Of a stretch of DNA of 63,119 nt, positions 1-9,131 are shown in pieces; position 1 is the first letter of the stretch; each line of letters opens with the position of its first letter. The stretch lies in NCBI GenBank assembly GCA_044226625.1, contig JBGAGQ010000034.1, forward strand, positions 1 through 63,119, in the 5' to 3' direction. This DNA comes from Thermoanaerobaculia bacterium (GTDB taxonomy: Bacteria; Acidobacteriota; Thermoanaerobaculia; Multivoradales; UBA5704). Made by a program: the position numbers and the translations under genes. The notes beneath the pieces are model-generated. The model was not told the origin of the DNA and did not search any database. It worked only from the letters and a program-made list of their open reading frames with translations.

Positions 1-11
1 GCTAAAAACCT

Positions 12-320
12 CTACCCGCCGAACTTGATCGGGTCGCCCAGCTCGTCGAGCGAGAAGTTGGCCATGATCTGGTGGCCGTTGAAGTCGAGCACCCGGATGT
101 CCTCGTCGTTCTCGAGGTCCTTGAGGATGTTGGCGAAGGAATGCTCGTACCGCGTCTCGACGGCGTCCCGATCGACCTCGTAAGCGATGAACTTGTCGAT
201 CCCCTTGTAGCGCAGCTTGGAGACCAACCGCTCGTCGGTCAGCTTCGGATAGGTCGACAGCACGAGGATCGGTCCGGTGCCGGTGAAGATGATGTAGGCG
301 CGCAGCGTCGACTTGGGCAT
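12..320 (-). CDS. conserved hypothetical protein (102 aa)
   Basis: Start moved to ATG 320, which follows an AGGAG RBS. Protein-like globular sequence (AYIIFTGTGPILVLS...RVLDFNGH). Confidence 0.75.
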   Translation of the reverse strand: MPKSTLRAYIIFTGTGPILVLSTYPKLTDERLVSKLRYKGIDKFIAYEVDRDAVETRYEHSFANILKDLENDEDIRVLDFNGHQIMANFSLDELGDPIKFGG

Positions 321-509
321 TCCGACCTCTCCTTGGGCACTTCTTTGGACGGCCGACATTGAACCGGCCCGTTCTTGTGTACTGTGCGGCCAAGGTAACC
401 GGCCGCTCGTAGCCCTGTCAATGGCCGCCGGGGCCCGTTGGCCGGCGCCGCGCGTCCCGGCCGAACGGGCTCGATCCCCGTGAGATCGCGGCGAGGTCCG
501 GTCGACGGC

Positions 510-1829
510 TCAGCGATGCTTCGCGAGATATCCGACCACCAACCGCGACATCGCCCGGATCCCCACCGGGACCGCGCCGTCGTCGCCGCGGAAGGTCGGC
601 GTGTGGAGCCCGCCGGAGGCCTTCCCCTCGCCGAGCGTGCCGAGCCGGAAGTAGAAGGATGGGACGGTGTTGGCGAAGTAGGCGAAGTCCTCGCCCCCCA
701 TGGTCGGCTCCGAAACCACGTAGTTCTCCGCGCCGAGCGCCTTCTCCAGAATCGCGCGCCCCTCCGCGGTGAGCGCGGGGTCGTTCACCGTCGGCGGCGC
801 GGTTCGCTGGTAGTCGAGCTCGTGGGAACCGCCTCCCGCCTTCGTGATCCCGTCGAGGATTTCGCGCATCCGGCGCTCGACGAGATCCTGCACCGCGGTC
901 GTATAGGTGCGCACCGTCCCTTCGAGCCGCACCTCGCCGGGGATGATGTTGAAACGGTCTCCGCCGCGGATGATCCCCACGGTCACGACGGCCGTCTCGA
1001 GCGGCGGCACGTTCCGCGACCGGATGGTCTGGAGGGCCATGACTGCCTGGGCTGCGATCACCACCGGATCGACCCCCTGATGGGGGTAGGCGCCGTGCGA
1101 CTGCTTGCCGATGATCTTCGCGGTGAAGTGATCGACCGCCGCCCAGGTCGGTCCGGGGTTCCCGGCGACCTTGCCCACCGTGAGCTCGGGGAAGGAGTGG
1201 AGCGCGAAGATCGCGACCGGCTTGATCTCCTTGAAGATCCCCTCTTCGAGCATCACGTCGGCGCCGCCCCGCTCGCCCGGCGGCGGCCCTTCCTCCGCCG
1301 GCTGGAAGATGAACATCACCGTACCCGGCAGATCGGCCTTCACCGCCGCGAGCACCTCGGCCACGCCGAGCTGCACCGAGGTGTGGATGTCATGCCCACA
1401 GGCGTGGGCGATTCCCACCTCCTGGCTGTCGTAGGTCCCTCGCTTCGTCGACTTGAACGGGAGGTCGGTCTGCTCGGTCACCGGCAGCGCGTCGATGTCG
1501 GCGCGAACGGCGACCACCGGCCCCGGCTTCCCGCCGCGCAGGATGCCGACCACGCCCGTCTTCGCGATCCCCGTCTTCACCTCCATCCCGAGCGCACGCA
1601 GTCTCTCCGCGACCAGGGCGGCGGTCTCCGTCTCCCGATTCCCGAGCTCCGGGTTCAGATGGATCTTGTGCCGGATCTCCGTAATCTCCGGCGTCACCCG
1701 GGCGACCTCGCGATCGACCCGAGCACCGAGGTCGTCGGGCTTCGACGCGGCCTTCGCCGCGTGGACGGCCGGCGAACCGAGCGTGAGGGCAAGGAGTAAA
1801 GCGGACGAGGCGGCAGTTCTCGAAGGCAT
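510..1829 (-). CDS. M20D family amidohydrolase, with signal peptide
   Basis: Motifs PELGNRE, RADIDALP, HACGHD, FQPAEE, GGEDF, LHTP; N-terminal hydrophobic signal peptide. Confidence 0.93.
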   Translation of the reverse strand: MPSRTAASSALLLALTLGSPAVHAAKAASKPDDLGARVDREVARVTPEITEIRHKIHLNPELGNRETETAALVAERLRALGMEVKTGIAKTGVVGILRGGKPGPVVAVRADIDALPVTEQTDLPFKSTKRGTYDSQEVGIAHACGHDIHTSVQLGVAEVLAAVKADLPGTVMFIFQPAEEGPPPGERGGADVMLEEGIFKEIKPVAIFALHSFPELTVGKVAGNPGPTWAAVDHFTAKIIGKQSHGAYPHQGVDPVVIAAQAVMALQTIRSRNVPPLETAVVTVGIIRGGDRFNIIPGEVRLEGTVRTYTTAVQDLVERRMREILDGITKAGGGSHELDYQRTAPPTVNDPALTAEGRAILEKALGAENYVVSEPTMGGEDFAYFANTVPSFYFRLGTLGEGKASGGLHTPTFRGDDGAVPVGIRAMSRLVVGYLAKHR

Positions 1830-1905
1830 GGCGAGAGTCTCCGGCGGAAAGCGATGCGGAAGCGTTTACCGGGGAGCTTATCGCGGTCGAGCGCGGCGGG
1901 CGCGA

Positions 1906-2733
1906 TTACCCCTGCGCGTAGGCGAGGGCCAGGGCGTTCCGCTCCGTCTCCTCGTCGAGCGGGAAGAAGCTCTCGATCCGCAGCTCTTGCAGGAGAGCGT
2001 CCTGCGGCGTTCCGAGCGTGGTCACGGTCGAGAAAAAGGCGAAGCGGTAGGGCGCTTTCTCGAACGTGACCGGAACGACCGGCGAAAGCGGCACCCCGGT
2101 TCCCGACGGGCGGCGAAAGCGCTCGACGTCGGGAAAGCCGAGCACCTCGTCCAGCAGCTCGCCCGTCGCGTCGTCGAGCGCGCCGCCGATCGCCTCTCGC
2201 CCGATCCGATCGAGAAGCGCCGCGGCGACCGCCTCCCAGTTCGCGACGTACGGCCGAAGCCCGTTTGGATCGAGCATCATGCGGACGACGTTCGCTGGCC
2301 CGGCCGGGGAGGATTCCCCGAGCAGAAAGCCGAAGAAGCGGGCGGCGCCCTCGTTGGCATCGAGGATGTCCCAAGAGCGGTTCATCACGATGGCCGGGTA
2401 CGGCTCCTGCCGGCGAAGGATCGCCGCGAGCGCCATTCGCACCGCCTCGGCCTCGGGCGCTTCGAGGCCGACGTCGCGATAGGTCGGCGCGTAGCCCGCA
2501 GCGAGCAGCAGGGCGTTGCGCTCGCGGAGCGGCACGTCCAGCGTCCTCGCGAGATGGAGCACCATCTCGCGGCTCGGCCGTGCCCGGCCGGTCTCGATGA
2601 AGCTGATGTGGCGCGGCGAGACCTCCGCCTCCACCGCGAGGGCGAGCTGGCTCATGCGCCGCGCCTGGCGCCACTGCTGGAGCAGGACGCTCACGGGGCT
2701 CGAGGCGGAGGTGGGGACGCGGACGGTCGGCAT
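1906..2733 (-). CDS. XRE-family HTH regulator with MmyB-like ligand-binding domain
   Basis: WRQARRMSQLALA...SPRHISFIETGRARPSREMV; C-terminal TTLGTPQD...ELRIESFFP. Confidence 0.93.
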   Translation of the reverse strand: MPTVRVPTSASSPVSVLLQQWRQARRMSQLALAVEAEVSPRHISFIETGRARPSREMVLHLARTLDVPLRERNALLLAAGYAPTYRDVGLEAPEAEAVRMALAAILRRQEPYPAIVMNRSWDILDANEGAARFFGFLLGESSPAGPANVVRMMLDPNGLRPYVANWEAVAAALLDRIGREAIGGALDDATGELLDEVLGFPDVERFRRPSGTGVPLSPVVPVTFEKAPYRFAFFSTVTTLGTPQDALLQELRIESFFPLDEETERNALALAYAQG

Positions 2734-2745
2734 GCTCGGAATTAT

Positions 2746-3300
2746 CTACGCAGCCTTTTGCCAGGCGAACGCCTGCATCTGCTCGTTCAACGGCGCGTCG
2801 GCGAGATGGCCGGCATAGTTCGCGAGGACCGAGAACCCCATCCCGAGCACGACTTCGAGCGCCTGCTCGCGGGAGAACCCCGCGTCATGAAACCGCGCGA
2901 GCCCTGCCGGGCTCACGGCGCCGCGGGAGCGAACCGTCTCGCGCGCGAAGTCGCTCAACGCGGCGAGGCGAGGCTCCATCGGCGCAAGCCCCCCGCGTAG
3001 CGCCTCGATGCTTTCGGGCGCGACCCCCGCCTTGGTTCCCGCCATCGAATGAAACGCCATGCACCACTCGCAGCCGTTCTCGTACGCCGCGGTGAGGGAC
3101 AGCACCTCGATCTCCATCTCCGAGAGCGTGCCCTGGCGATAGATCTCACGCAGGGCGAGAAATCCTTTGAGAAGCGTCGGCGATTCCGCCATCGCCGCGG
3201 CCAGGTTGGGGATCATGCCGAGATGTTCCCGCAGCCCGGCAAGCAGCGGCTTCGAGCCGTCGGGTGCGGTTTCGAGCGTATGGATCGCGTACGAGCTCAT
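2746..3300 (-). CDS. carboxymuconolactone decarboxylase / AhpD-like peroxidase
   Basis: ENGCEWCMAFH (ExxCxxCxxxH) motif; GMIPNL; GGAG RBS. Confidence 0.9.
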   Translation of the reverse strand: MSSYAIHTLETAPDGSKPLLAGLREHLGMIPNLAAAMAESPTLLKGFLALREIYRQGTLSEMEIEVLSLTAAYENGCEWCMAFHSMAGTKAGVAPESIEALRGGLAPMEPRLAALSDFARETVRSRGAVSPAGLARFHDAGFSREQALEVVLGMGFSVLANYAGHLADAPLNEQMQAFAWQKAA

Positions 3301-3371
3301 GGGAAGTCTCCTGATTTTCGTGCCGGCACCGCGCCGGCGAGGGAGACGGTACGGGCTCGGGGGAGCGAGCT

Positions 3372-3389
3372 CAATTCCCTGGGAGGTAA
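3372..3389. promoter_or_regulatory. candidate operator (imperfect palindrome) upstream of the AhpD-like/XRE genes
   Basis: Reads TTACCT-CCC-AGGGAA on the minus strand, about 70 bp upstream of the AhpD-like start. Assignment to the adjacent XRE regulator is inference. Confidence 0.35.
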
Positions 3390-3570
3390 AGGCGGAGGGT
3401 GGGGTTGAGGCGTTTCTACCTCCCGCACAAAGAGGTTGGCTTTTTGGAAAGGTTTGACGATCCGATGCCGGCGCGCCTTCGCCTCGGGTGCCTGTGCAAA
3501 GGTTCCCGGGAGCGCCGCGCCGCGTTCCGACCGAGGACCCCCGGCAGCCGGCTGTGGTTGCAAAGCCTTG

Positions 3571-3864
3571 TGCAGAGGTACACCGCGGCTTTGCAGCGGT
3601 GCAAAACTCCAGTGCCGTGGTGCCCTGGCGAAATGCACGGGTGCAATCCGGCGATGCATCACGGCACAGCCTCAGCGCACCCCTGCAAAGTCGCTGTGCA
3701 CCCGTGCGCTGGCAGAATGCACCGCTGCAAAGCTCCAGCGCACCTTTGCAAAGCCGCAGTGCACCGCTGCAATCTCCCAGCGCACCTCGACAAAATCTCA
3801 GCGCACCGCGGCAAAACTCCAGCGCACTGCCGCAAAACCCGAACGCACCGGTGCAAAGCCCGGT
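3571..3864. repeat. phased array of 14 degenerate 21-bp units with palindromic core YGCA-N4-TGCA
   Basis: Cores start at exactly 21-bp intervals: 3571, 3592, 3613 ... 3823, 3844 (e.g. tgcagcggtgca, tgcacgggtgca, tgcaccgctgca, cgcaccggtgca). Confidence 0.9.
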
Positions 3865-3889
3865 GCGCCCACATCTAAGGTTTTCCGTT

Positions 3890-4978
3890 CTAGTCCTTCG
3901 GAACCGCGTTGCCGCGGAAACCGCGCGGATCTCGTGCGAAGGCGCGGAGCTGGCCGCAGGCGGCGGCGACGTCGTCGCCTCGCGTTTTGCGAACCGTCGC
4001 GGTGTATCCGTGGTGGTAGAGGCGCTCTTGGAAGGCCGCGGTCCGCGCGGGGGGCGGCGGGACCATCGCGGGACCGAGGACGGCGTCTGGATTGGTGGGG
4101 ATCAGGTTGATTTTGCAGGCGAAGCCGCGGAGAAGTTTCGCGAGCTGGTCGGCCTGGCCGAGCGAGTCGTTCACGTCGCGGATCAGGATGTATTCGAAGG
4201 TGATCCGCCGCCGCGGTTCGAGCGGGAATCGGCGGAGGGTTTCGAGCAGGTCGGCGAGCGGATAGTTGCGATTGATCGGCATGATCCGGCTACGCAGCTC
4301 GTCGTCCGGCGCGTGGAGGGAAACGGCGAGGTTCGGCCGGCGCTTCCAACGGGCGATCTCTTCGATGCCGGGAATCACCCCGGCGGTAGAAACGGTGATC
4401 CGGCGGATCGAGATCTGCTCGGCGAGGATCTCGATCGCGGGCTCGACGTTGTCCAGGTTGAGCAGCGGCTCGCCCATGCCCATGAAGACGAGATTCAAGC
4501 CGTCGGCCGGGTGATGGCGATCGTCCTTGATCGTATGGACCTGGGCGACGATCTCGCCCGCGGAGAGGTTCCGCCCGGCGCCCCAGTAGCCCGTCACGCA
4601 GAACGCGCAGGCGAGCGCGCAGCCGGCTTGGCTCGAAAGACACAAGGTCCTTCGGTCGCCGTCGGGAATGTCGACCGCTTCGATCGAGGCGCCGTCGGCC
4701 ATGCGGAACAGATATTTCGCCGTACCGTCCTCGGAGATCTCGCGCGAGGCGATCTCCGGGCGCTCGATGCGGAAACGCTCGGCGAGGGTCGCGCGCAATT
4801 CCTTGCCGAGGTCGGTCATCGCGTCGAAATCGGCGAGGCCCCGGGCGTGGAGCGCGTCGTAGAGCTGCCGGATCCGGAACGGCCGATCGACATAGGGCGC
4901 GAGCGCGGCGGCGAGCCGTTCGCGCGTCAGGCCGAGCAGGTCGGGCGGAGCGGTGGGGGCGATCGGAAGCGAGGTCAT
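3890..4978 (-). CDS. rlmN: dual-specificity 23S rRNA/tRNA adenine C2-methyltransferase RlmN (radical SAM)
   Basis: CLSSQAGCALACAFC, MGMGEP, ITFEY, AACGQL. Confidence 0.95.
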   Translation of the reverse strand: MTSLPIAPTAPPDLLGLTRERLAAALAPYVDRPFRIRQLYDALHARGLADFDAMTDLGKELRATLAERFRIERPEIASREISEDGTAKYLFRMADGASIEAVDIPDGDRRTLCLSSQAGCALACAFCVTGYWGAGRNLSAGEIVAQVHTIKDDRHHPADGLNLVFMGMGEPLLNLDNVEPAIEILAEQISIRRITVSTAGVIPGIEEIARWKRRPNLAVSLHAPDDELRSRIMPINRNYPLADLLETLRRFPLEPRRRITFEYILIRDVNDSLGQADQLAKLLRGFACKINLIPTNPDAVLGPAMVPPPPARTAAFQERLYHHGYTATVRKTRGDDVAAACGQLRAFARDPRGFRGNAVPKD

Positions 4979-5120
4979 GGGTCGTGAGCCGGAACCGGCC
5001 CTCTCGTCGGAGCGGAGTTTACCCCCGACCGAGATCCGAGATTCTTGCGGGCGCAGGAAAGCTCCGCCCGGACGTCGATGGGAACCTTACGAAGCCTTCG
5101 GACAGCCGGCAAGGTTGGGT

Positions 5121-5480
5121 TCAGCTCTTCTTGCGGCGCAGGCGGCGGGTGGGATCGATGCCGATCGAGCGGAGGAACCCCAGGTCGCGGCCGTCGATCT
5201 GGAACGCGGGCTCCGGCGAGGCCGTCCAGGGCGCTTCGGGCTCGAAGCTGCGGACGGCGGGGCGCAGGCGCTTCTCGGCGCGAGGGGTGGCGATCGGCGC
5301 GGGCACGAACGGGGCCGGCTCCTCCTCTTCGCCCTCTCGCTTGCAGTCGAGATGGAGAACCATCGCGTACCCCTCTTCCCGGATGCGGCGAAGAGAGCGC
5401 GACACTTCGGACGACTCCGAGATCGCCTCGGCGAGGGCGCGGCGCAGGTCGCGAATCAGGGGCTTCAACTTCTCGTCCAG
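5121..5480 (-). CDS. small conserved hypothetical protein, probable CTG start
   Basis: AGGAGG lies 8 nt upstream of an in-frame CTG (MDEKLKPLIRDL...); C-terminal DLGFLRSIGIDPTR. Confidence 0.7.
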   Translation of the reverse strand: MDEKLKPLIRDLRRALAEAISESSEVSRSLRRIREEGYAMVLHLDCKREGEEEEPAPFVPAPIATPRAEKRLRPAVRSFEPEAPWTASPEPAFQIDGRDLGFLRSIGIDPTRRLRRKKS

Positions 5481-5609
5481 AGCTCGTTCCTCCTGGCTTC
5501 GTTTCGCCCGCGGTCCCGGCAGCTTTTCGAACCGGGTGCCGACCGCGAAGCATCCGGCCCGACGGGTCCGGATCTCGGGGATGGCTTTTACGGTCGAACC
5601 GACCGGCGG

Positions 5610-5638
5610 ATTATCGCCGCCGATCCCGGGGGTGTCAA
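5610..5638 (-). promoter_or_regulatory. sigma70-type promoter for the hypothetical gene and rlmN
   Basis: TTGACA-N17-GATAAT on the minus strand. Confidence 0.65.
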
Positions 5639-5787
5639 ACCCTTCGTCACCCCGAAAAAATCCCGATCACGATTGACTTTTTCGCGATTCGAAACAGATC
5701 TTGGACCGGTCGCCGAGCCGTGGTAACCTGTTTGAGGTACCACGCCCCGCCGACAGCGCACCTCCCCGTCTGGCCCTTTCGTTCGCG

Positions 5788-6777
5788 ATGAATTTCCCGT
5801 CCCTTTTGCCCTGGCTCGCCGAGCGGGGATTCGAATCGGAGCGGATCGATCCGCTGCCGGGAGACGTGTCGCCGCGCCGCTACGGCCGCGTCCGCTTCGC
5901 CGATGGACGCCGGGCGATCGTGGCGTTCTATCCCGAAGAAATCCGCTCCACCGCGGAGCGCTACCTGCGATCGACGGCCCTGCTCGAAAGCGTGGCGGTT
6001 CCGGTTCCGCGCGTGCTGGCGGTGGATCTCGAGCGCGGTTGGATGCTGATCGAGGATTTTGGGGAGCGGACGCTCGCCGAGCGGAGCGACCTCTCGGACG
6101 AGGCCGCCGCGCCGTACTTTCTGCGCGCGGTCGAGCACGCGCGGCGCATCGCTTCGCTCCCGCCCGCCACGTTGCTCGACGAGGCGACGGGCACGCCATG
6201 GAATCCGCCGCTCGACGGCGCGCTTCTGCGCGCGGAGCTGGTGCAGACCACCGAGCTGTTTCTCGCCCCGCGTGGCCTGCTCGGTTCGGCCGAACAACAG
6301 CGCGCGATCGAATCGCTGTTCGATTCGATGTGCCATCGGCTCGGAGAGGAAACGCCGGCACCCTGTCATCGCGACTTCATGGCGCGCAATCTGATTCCGC
6401 TCGACGAGAGCGATCGCGCCGGGGAGATCGGGGTGATCGACCATCAGGATCTCCGTTTCGGTCCGCCTCGGTACGACCTCGCCTCGCTGCTCAACGACAC
6501 CCGTTTTCCCACCCCGGCGCTCGAGGCGGAGATCCTCGCCGGTCTGCCTGACGACGAGGCCCGCGACGGCTATCGGCGCGCGGCGGCTCAGCGGACGATC
6601 AAGGCGGTCGGCACCTACGCGAAGTTCGCCCTGCGCGGAGCGCCGCGTCATCTGCCGTTGATTCCGCCGACGCTCGCACGTGCGCTCGGGCACCTCGAGC
6701 AATTGCCGGAAGGCGCCGAGTTGGCTCCGGATCTCGCTCGGCTCTGGCGTCCCGCTCTCAGGGAGTCGTCCCACTGA
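5788..6777 (+). CDS. aminoglycoside-phosphotransferase-fold kinase, AmgK-like (MurNAc/GlcNAc kinase)
   Basis: LPGDVSPRRYGR, EDFG, CHRDFMARNL, IDHQD, YDLASLLND. Confidence 0.85.
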   Translation: MNFPSLLPWLAERGFESERIDPLPGDVSPRRYGRVRFADGRRAIVAFYPEEIRSTAERYLRSTALLESVAVPVPRVLAVDLERGWMLIEDFGERTLAERSDLSDEAAAPYFLRAVEHARRIASLPPATLLDEATGTPWNPPLDGALLRAELVQTTELFLAPRGLLGSAEQQRAIESLFDSMCHRLGEETPAPCHRDFMARNLIPLDESDRAGEIGVIDHQDLRFGPPRYDLASLLNDTRFPTPALEAEILAGLPDDEARDGYRRAAAQRTIKAVGTYAKFALRGAPRHLPLIPPTLARALGHLEQLPEGAELAPDLARLWRPALRESSH

Positions 6778-6876
6778 TCTGTTATGCTGCAGGTTGGAGC
6801 GGGCTCGTTTCCGCTGGCTCGATGCGCCGCGCTCCGCTGTAGGAAGACACGTCGGACTAGAGACGGAGACAAGGCC

Positions 6877-7053
6877 ATGCCGAACCTGGGTGTACCCGAA
6901 CTACTGATCATCTTCGTCATCATCATCGTGCTCTTCGGCGCGACCCGTCTGCCGAACATCGGGCGCGGCCTCGGCGAAGGCATCCGCAACTTCAAGAAGG
7001 GTATGCGGGGCGACGAAGATCCGCAGATCCCGAGCAAGACTGACTCCCGGTAG
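6877..7053 (+). CDS. tatA: twin-arginine translocase subunit TatA/E
   Basis: LGVPELLIIFVIIIVLFGATRLPNIGRGLGEGIRNFKKG; GGAG RBS. Confidence 0.95.
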   Translation: MPNLGVPELLIIFVIIIVLFGATRLPNIGRGLGEGIRNFKKGMRGDEDPQIPSKTDSR

Positions 7054-7227
7054 TTTTTGCCGCCCCGGTTCTTCGAGGCGGCAGATTGCGCGCCTCGACG
7101 GCAACCGCCCTCGGGTAAGCCCCAGACGCTTCGAGGGACCCTCGAAGCGAGGAACGCAGGTCAATTCGGCCCGAATCGAGATTCTCTCCGGGTAAAAAAG
7201 CCGAATTGACGCCGGCCCTCTTCCCCA

Positions 7228-7272
7228 GAAAAGAAAAAGGCTCCGAACGGACCCTGGGTCCGTCGGAGCCTT
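7228..7272 (-). terminator. rho-independent terminator for the SLT gene
   Basis: Stem AAGGCTCCGA...TCGGAGCCTT followed by a T-rich run on the minus strand. Confidence 0.7.
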
Positions 7273-7306
7273 GTCGTTTCTGCCGAGAAAGCGCTGCTCG
7301 AAAGGC

Positions 7307-7975
7307 CTAGCGGGCGATCGCGGCGATCGCCTCGGCGACTTCCGGATGTGAGATCACGTCGCCGTCCGCGTGCCAGATTCGGCGGTGGAGCCCCAGATAT
7401 CGCTCCTGGACGCGGCGGACGTAGGATCGGGTCTCCCGGAACGGCGGCACGCCCTTCCAGCGATCGACCATGCCGGGGCCGGCGTTGTAGGCCGCGAGCG
7501 AGCGCTCGAGATCGCCGTCGTAACGCTCCAGCAGGCCCGCGAGATAGCGGCTTCCGGCTTCCAGATTCGCTTCCGGGTCGGTGAGGACGTGCCCCTTCGG
7601 CAGACCGGTCGGCCGAATCTGCATCAGGCCCACGGCGCCGCGCGGCGACACGGCGTCAGCGGCGAAGCCCGATTCCATCTCGACCACCGCGGCGATCAGA
7701 AGTCCATCGACGCCCGATCGGTCGGAGGCCTCGACGATCGCCTCGCCGTAGGGGAGGGTGCGCAAGTAGGCGCGTTGCGCGTCGTGCCCGGTGACCGGCG
7801 CGGGAGCGGTCGGTTCGTGGGCGGGGGCGGCGGGGATCGCGGCGGTCTCGAGGTCCGAAAGGGTCGGAATCGACGAGACCGAGGGGCTGGAAGTGAAGAT
7901 CAGCACTAAGAAAACTGCAAACGACACCACCAGGGCAGGCCGGTGCCAGGACATCGTTCGTTGGTTCGGTTGCAT
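7307..7975 (-). CDS. membrane-anchored lytic transglycosylase (SLT domain)
   Basis: AVVEMESGF, SPRGAVGLMQI, LAAYNAG, ETRSYV. Start chosen at ATG 7975. Confidence 0.9.
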   Translation of the reverse strand: MQPNQRTMSWHRPALVVSFAVFLVLIFTSSPSVSSIPTLSDLETAAIPAAPAHEPTAPAPVTGHDAQRAYLRTLPYGEAIVEASDRSGVDGLLIAAVVEMESGFAADAVSPRGAVGLMQIRPTGLPKGHVLTDPEANLEAGSRYLAGLLERYDGDLERSLAAYNAGPGMVDRWKGVPPFRETRSYVRRVQERYLGLHRRIWHADGDVISHPEVAEAIAAIAR

Positions 7976-8203
7976 CGGGAAACGGCTCCCTCGTTCGTCC
8001 GTTGAGGCGAAGCTCCGGTCACTCACAGTCGTTCTACGAAAGGAGGGACACGGTGCGCGGAACGGCATACACGCCTAACCCGGGAGCCCGGGCAGGCGCC
8101 TTGTTTTCAACCGCTGACTTTTGCTAGATCTGTGCCAGAGAGGCTCGAAAACGGCCGCGACGACGACGTGGGTCGCGGCCGGCGGCGCCTCGCAGCGTGG
8201 ATT

Positions 8204-8470
8204 TTAGGTGACCGGGTCCTTTCGCCGTTGCGCCCGGCGACGATCGTAGTCCTCGGAGTGGATCCCGAGGGTGGAGACCTTATTTCTCAAGGTGTTGCGA
8301 TGCACCCCCAGAGATCGGGCGGAGCGGCAGAAGTTCCCCGAGTTGGACTGCAGAGAGGCCAGGATGAACTGCCGTTCGAACTCGCGTCTCGCTTGCTCCA
8401 GGGTCACGCCGCGCCGAACCAATTCATCGACGATGAGAAACAGACGCCCATTCAGGTTTTGGTCGGCCAA
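8204..8470 (-). CDS. Fis-like HTH_8 protein
   Basis: LEQARREFERQFI...GNFCRSARSLGVHRNTLRNK; TTG start after GGAG. Confidence 0.85.
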   Translation of the reverse strand: MADQNLNGRLFLIVDELVRRGVTLEQARREFERQFILASLQSNSGNFCRSARSLGVHRNTLRNKVSTLGIHSEDYDRRRAQRRKDPVT

Positions 8471-8773
8471 GGTAGAAATCTCCGGATGAAAAGGGGGCGT
8501 GAAGCCCCAAGACCATAGCACAGGGTCTATTGACGCCCCAAGCTGGAGCGCCCCGCAATTCGGCGCCGCGCGAAGGGATCTTTCGCGCGGGCTCTTGGCA
8601 TGAAACCGGCTCCTCTCTCGCGGTCGGCCCGGGGAGTGTTCTAGACTGCGCGCCTCGGCGGAGCCTCGGTAGACCGGGACGAGACCCCATCAAACCGGGT
8701 CGTCGTTTCCCTGCCTTCGGGGCAAGCCGTCAGCCGACCGAGCCAAACTTAAGAATCCCAACAGGAGATCGCG

Positions 8774-9043
8774 ATGGCCGAGAGAAAACCCAACGAGCAG
8801 TTCATGAAGCCGCTGCAGCCTTCCGAAGCGCTCGCCGCGGTCGTCGGAAGCGCCCCGCTGCCGCGGACGGAAGTGACGAAGAAGGTCTGGGACTACATCA
8901 AGAAGCACAACCTGCAGGACCCGGCCAACAAGCGCAACATCGTCGCGGACGACAAGCTCAAGGCCGTCTTCGCCGGCAAGGGCACCGTCACGATGTTCGA
9001 GATGACCAAGCTGATCAACGCCCACCTCAAGGACGTCAAGTAA
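8774..9043 (+). CDS. stand-alone SWIB/MDM2 domain protein
   Basis: PRTEVTKKVWDYIKKHNLQDPANKRNIVADDKL; AGGAG RBS. Confidence 0.93.
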   Translation: MAERKPNEQFMKPLQPSEALAAVVGSAPLPRTEVTKKVWDYIKKHNLQDPANKRNIVADDKLKAVFAGKGTVTMFEMTKLINAHLKDVK

Positions 9044-9131
9044 CAGCCGCCGCGCGGAGCGGCGCCCGCCCTGCGCGGGGCGCCGCCGCTTCGACGAGCC
9101 CGCCTCGCCTTCCGGCCGAGCTTCGAGCCCC

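Noticed and set aside
3399-3878. 159-aa His/Cys heptad ORF as a metal-binding protein
   Set aside because: Not called as a CDS. The palindromic TGCA-N4-TGCA core gives similar H/Q-R-C repeats on both strands (ORF 3659-3874 minus), so DNA symmetry explains the pattern. Kept only as an alternative hypothesis.
9044-9131. yybP-ykoY riboswitch ahead of terC
   Set aside because: The 88-bp gap shows only GC-rich hairpins and none of the expected conserved motifs.
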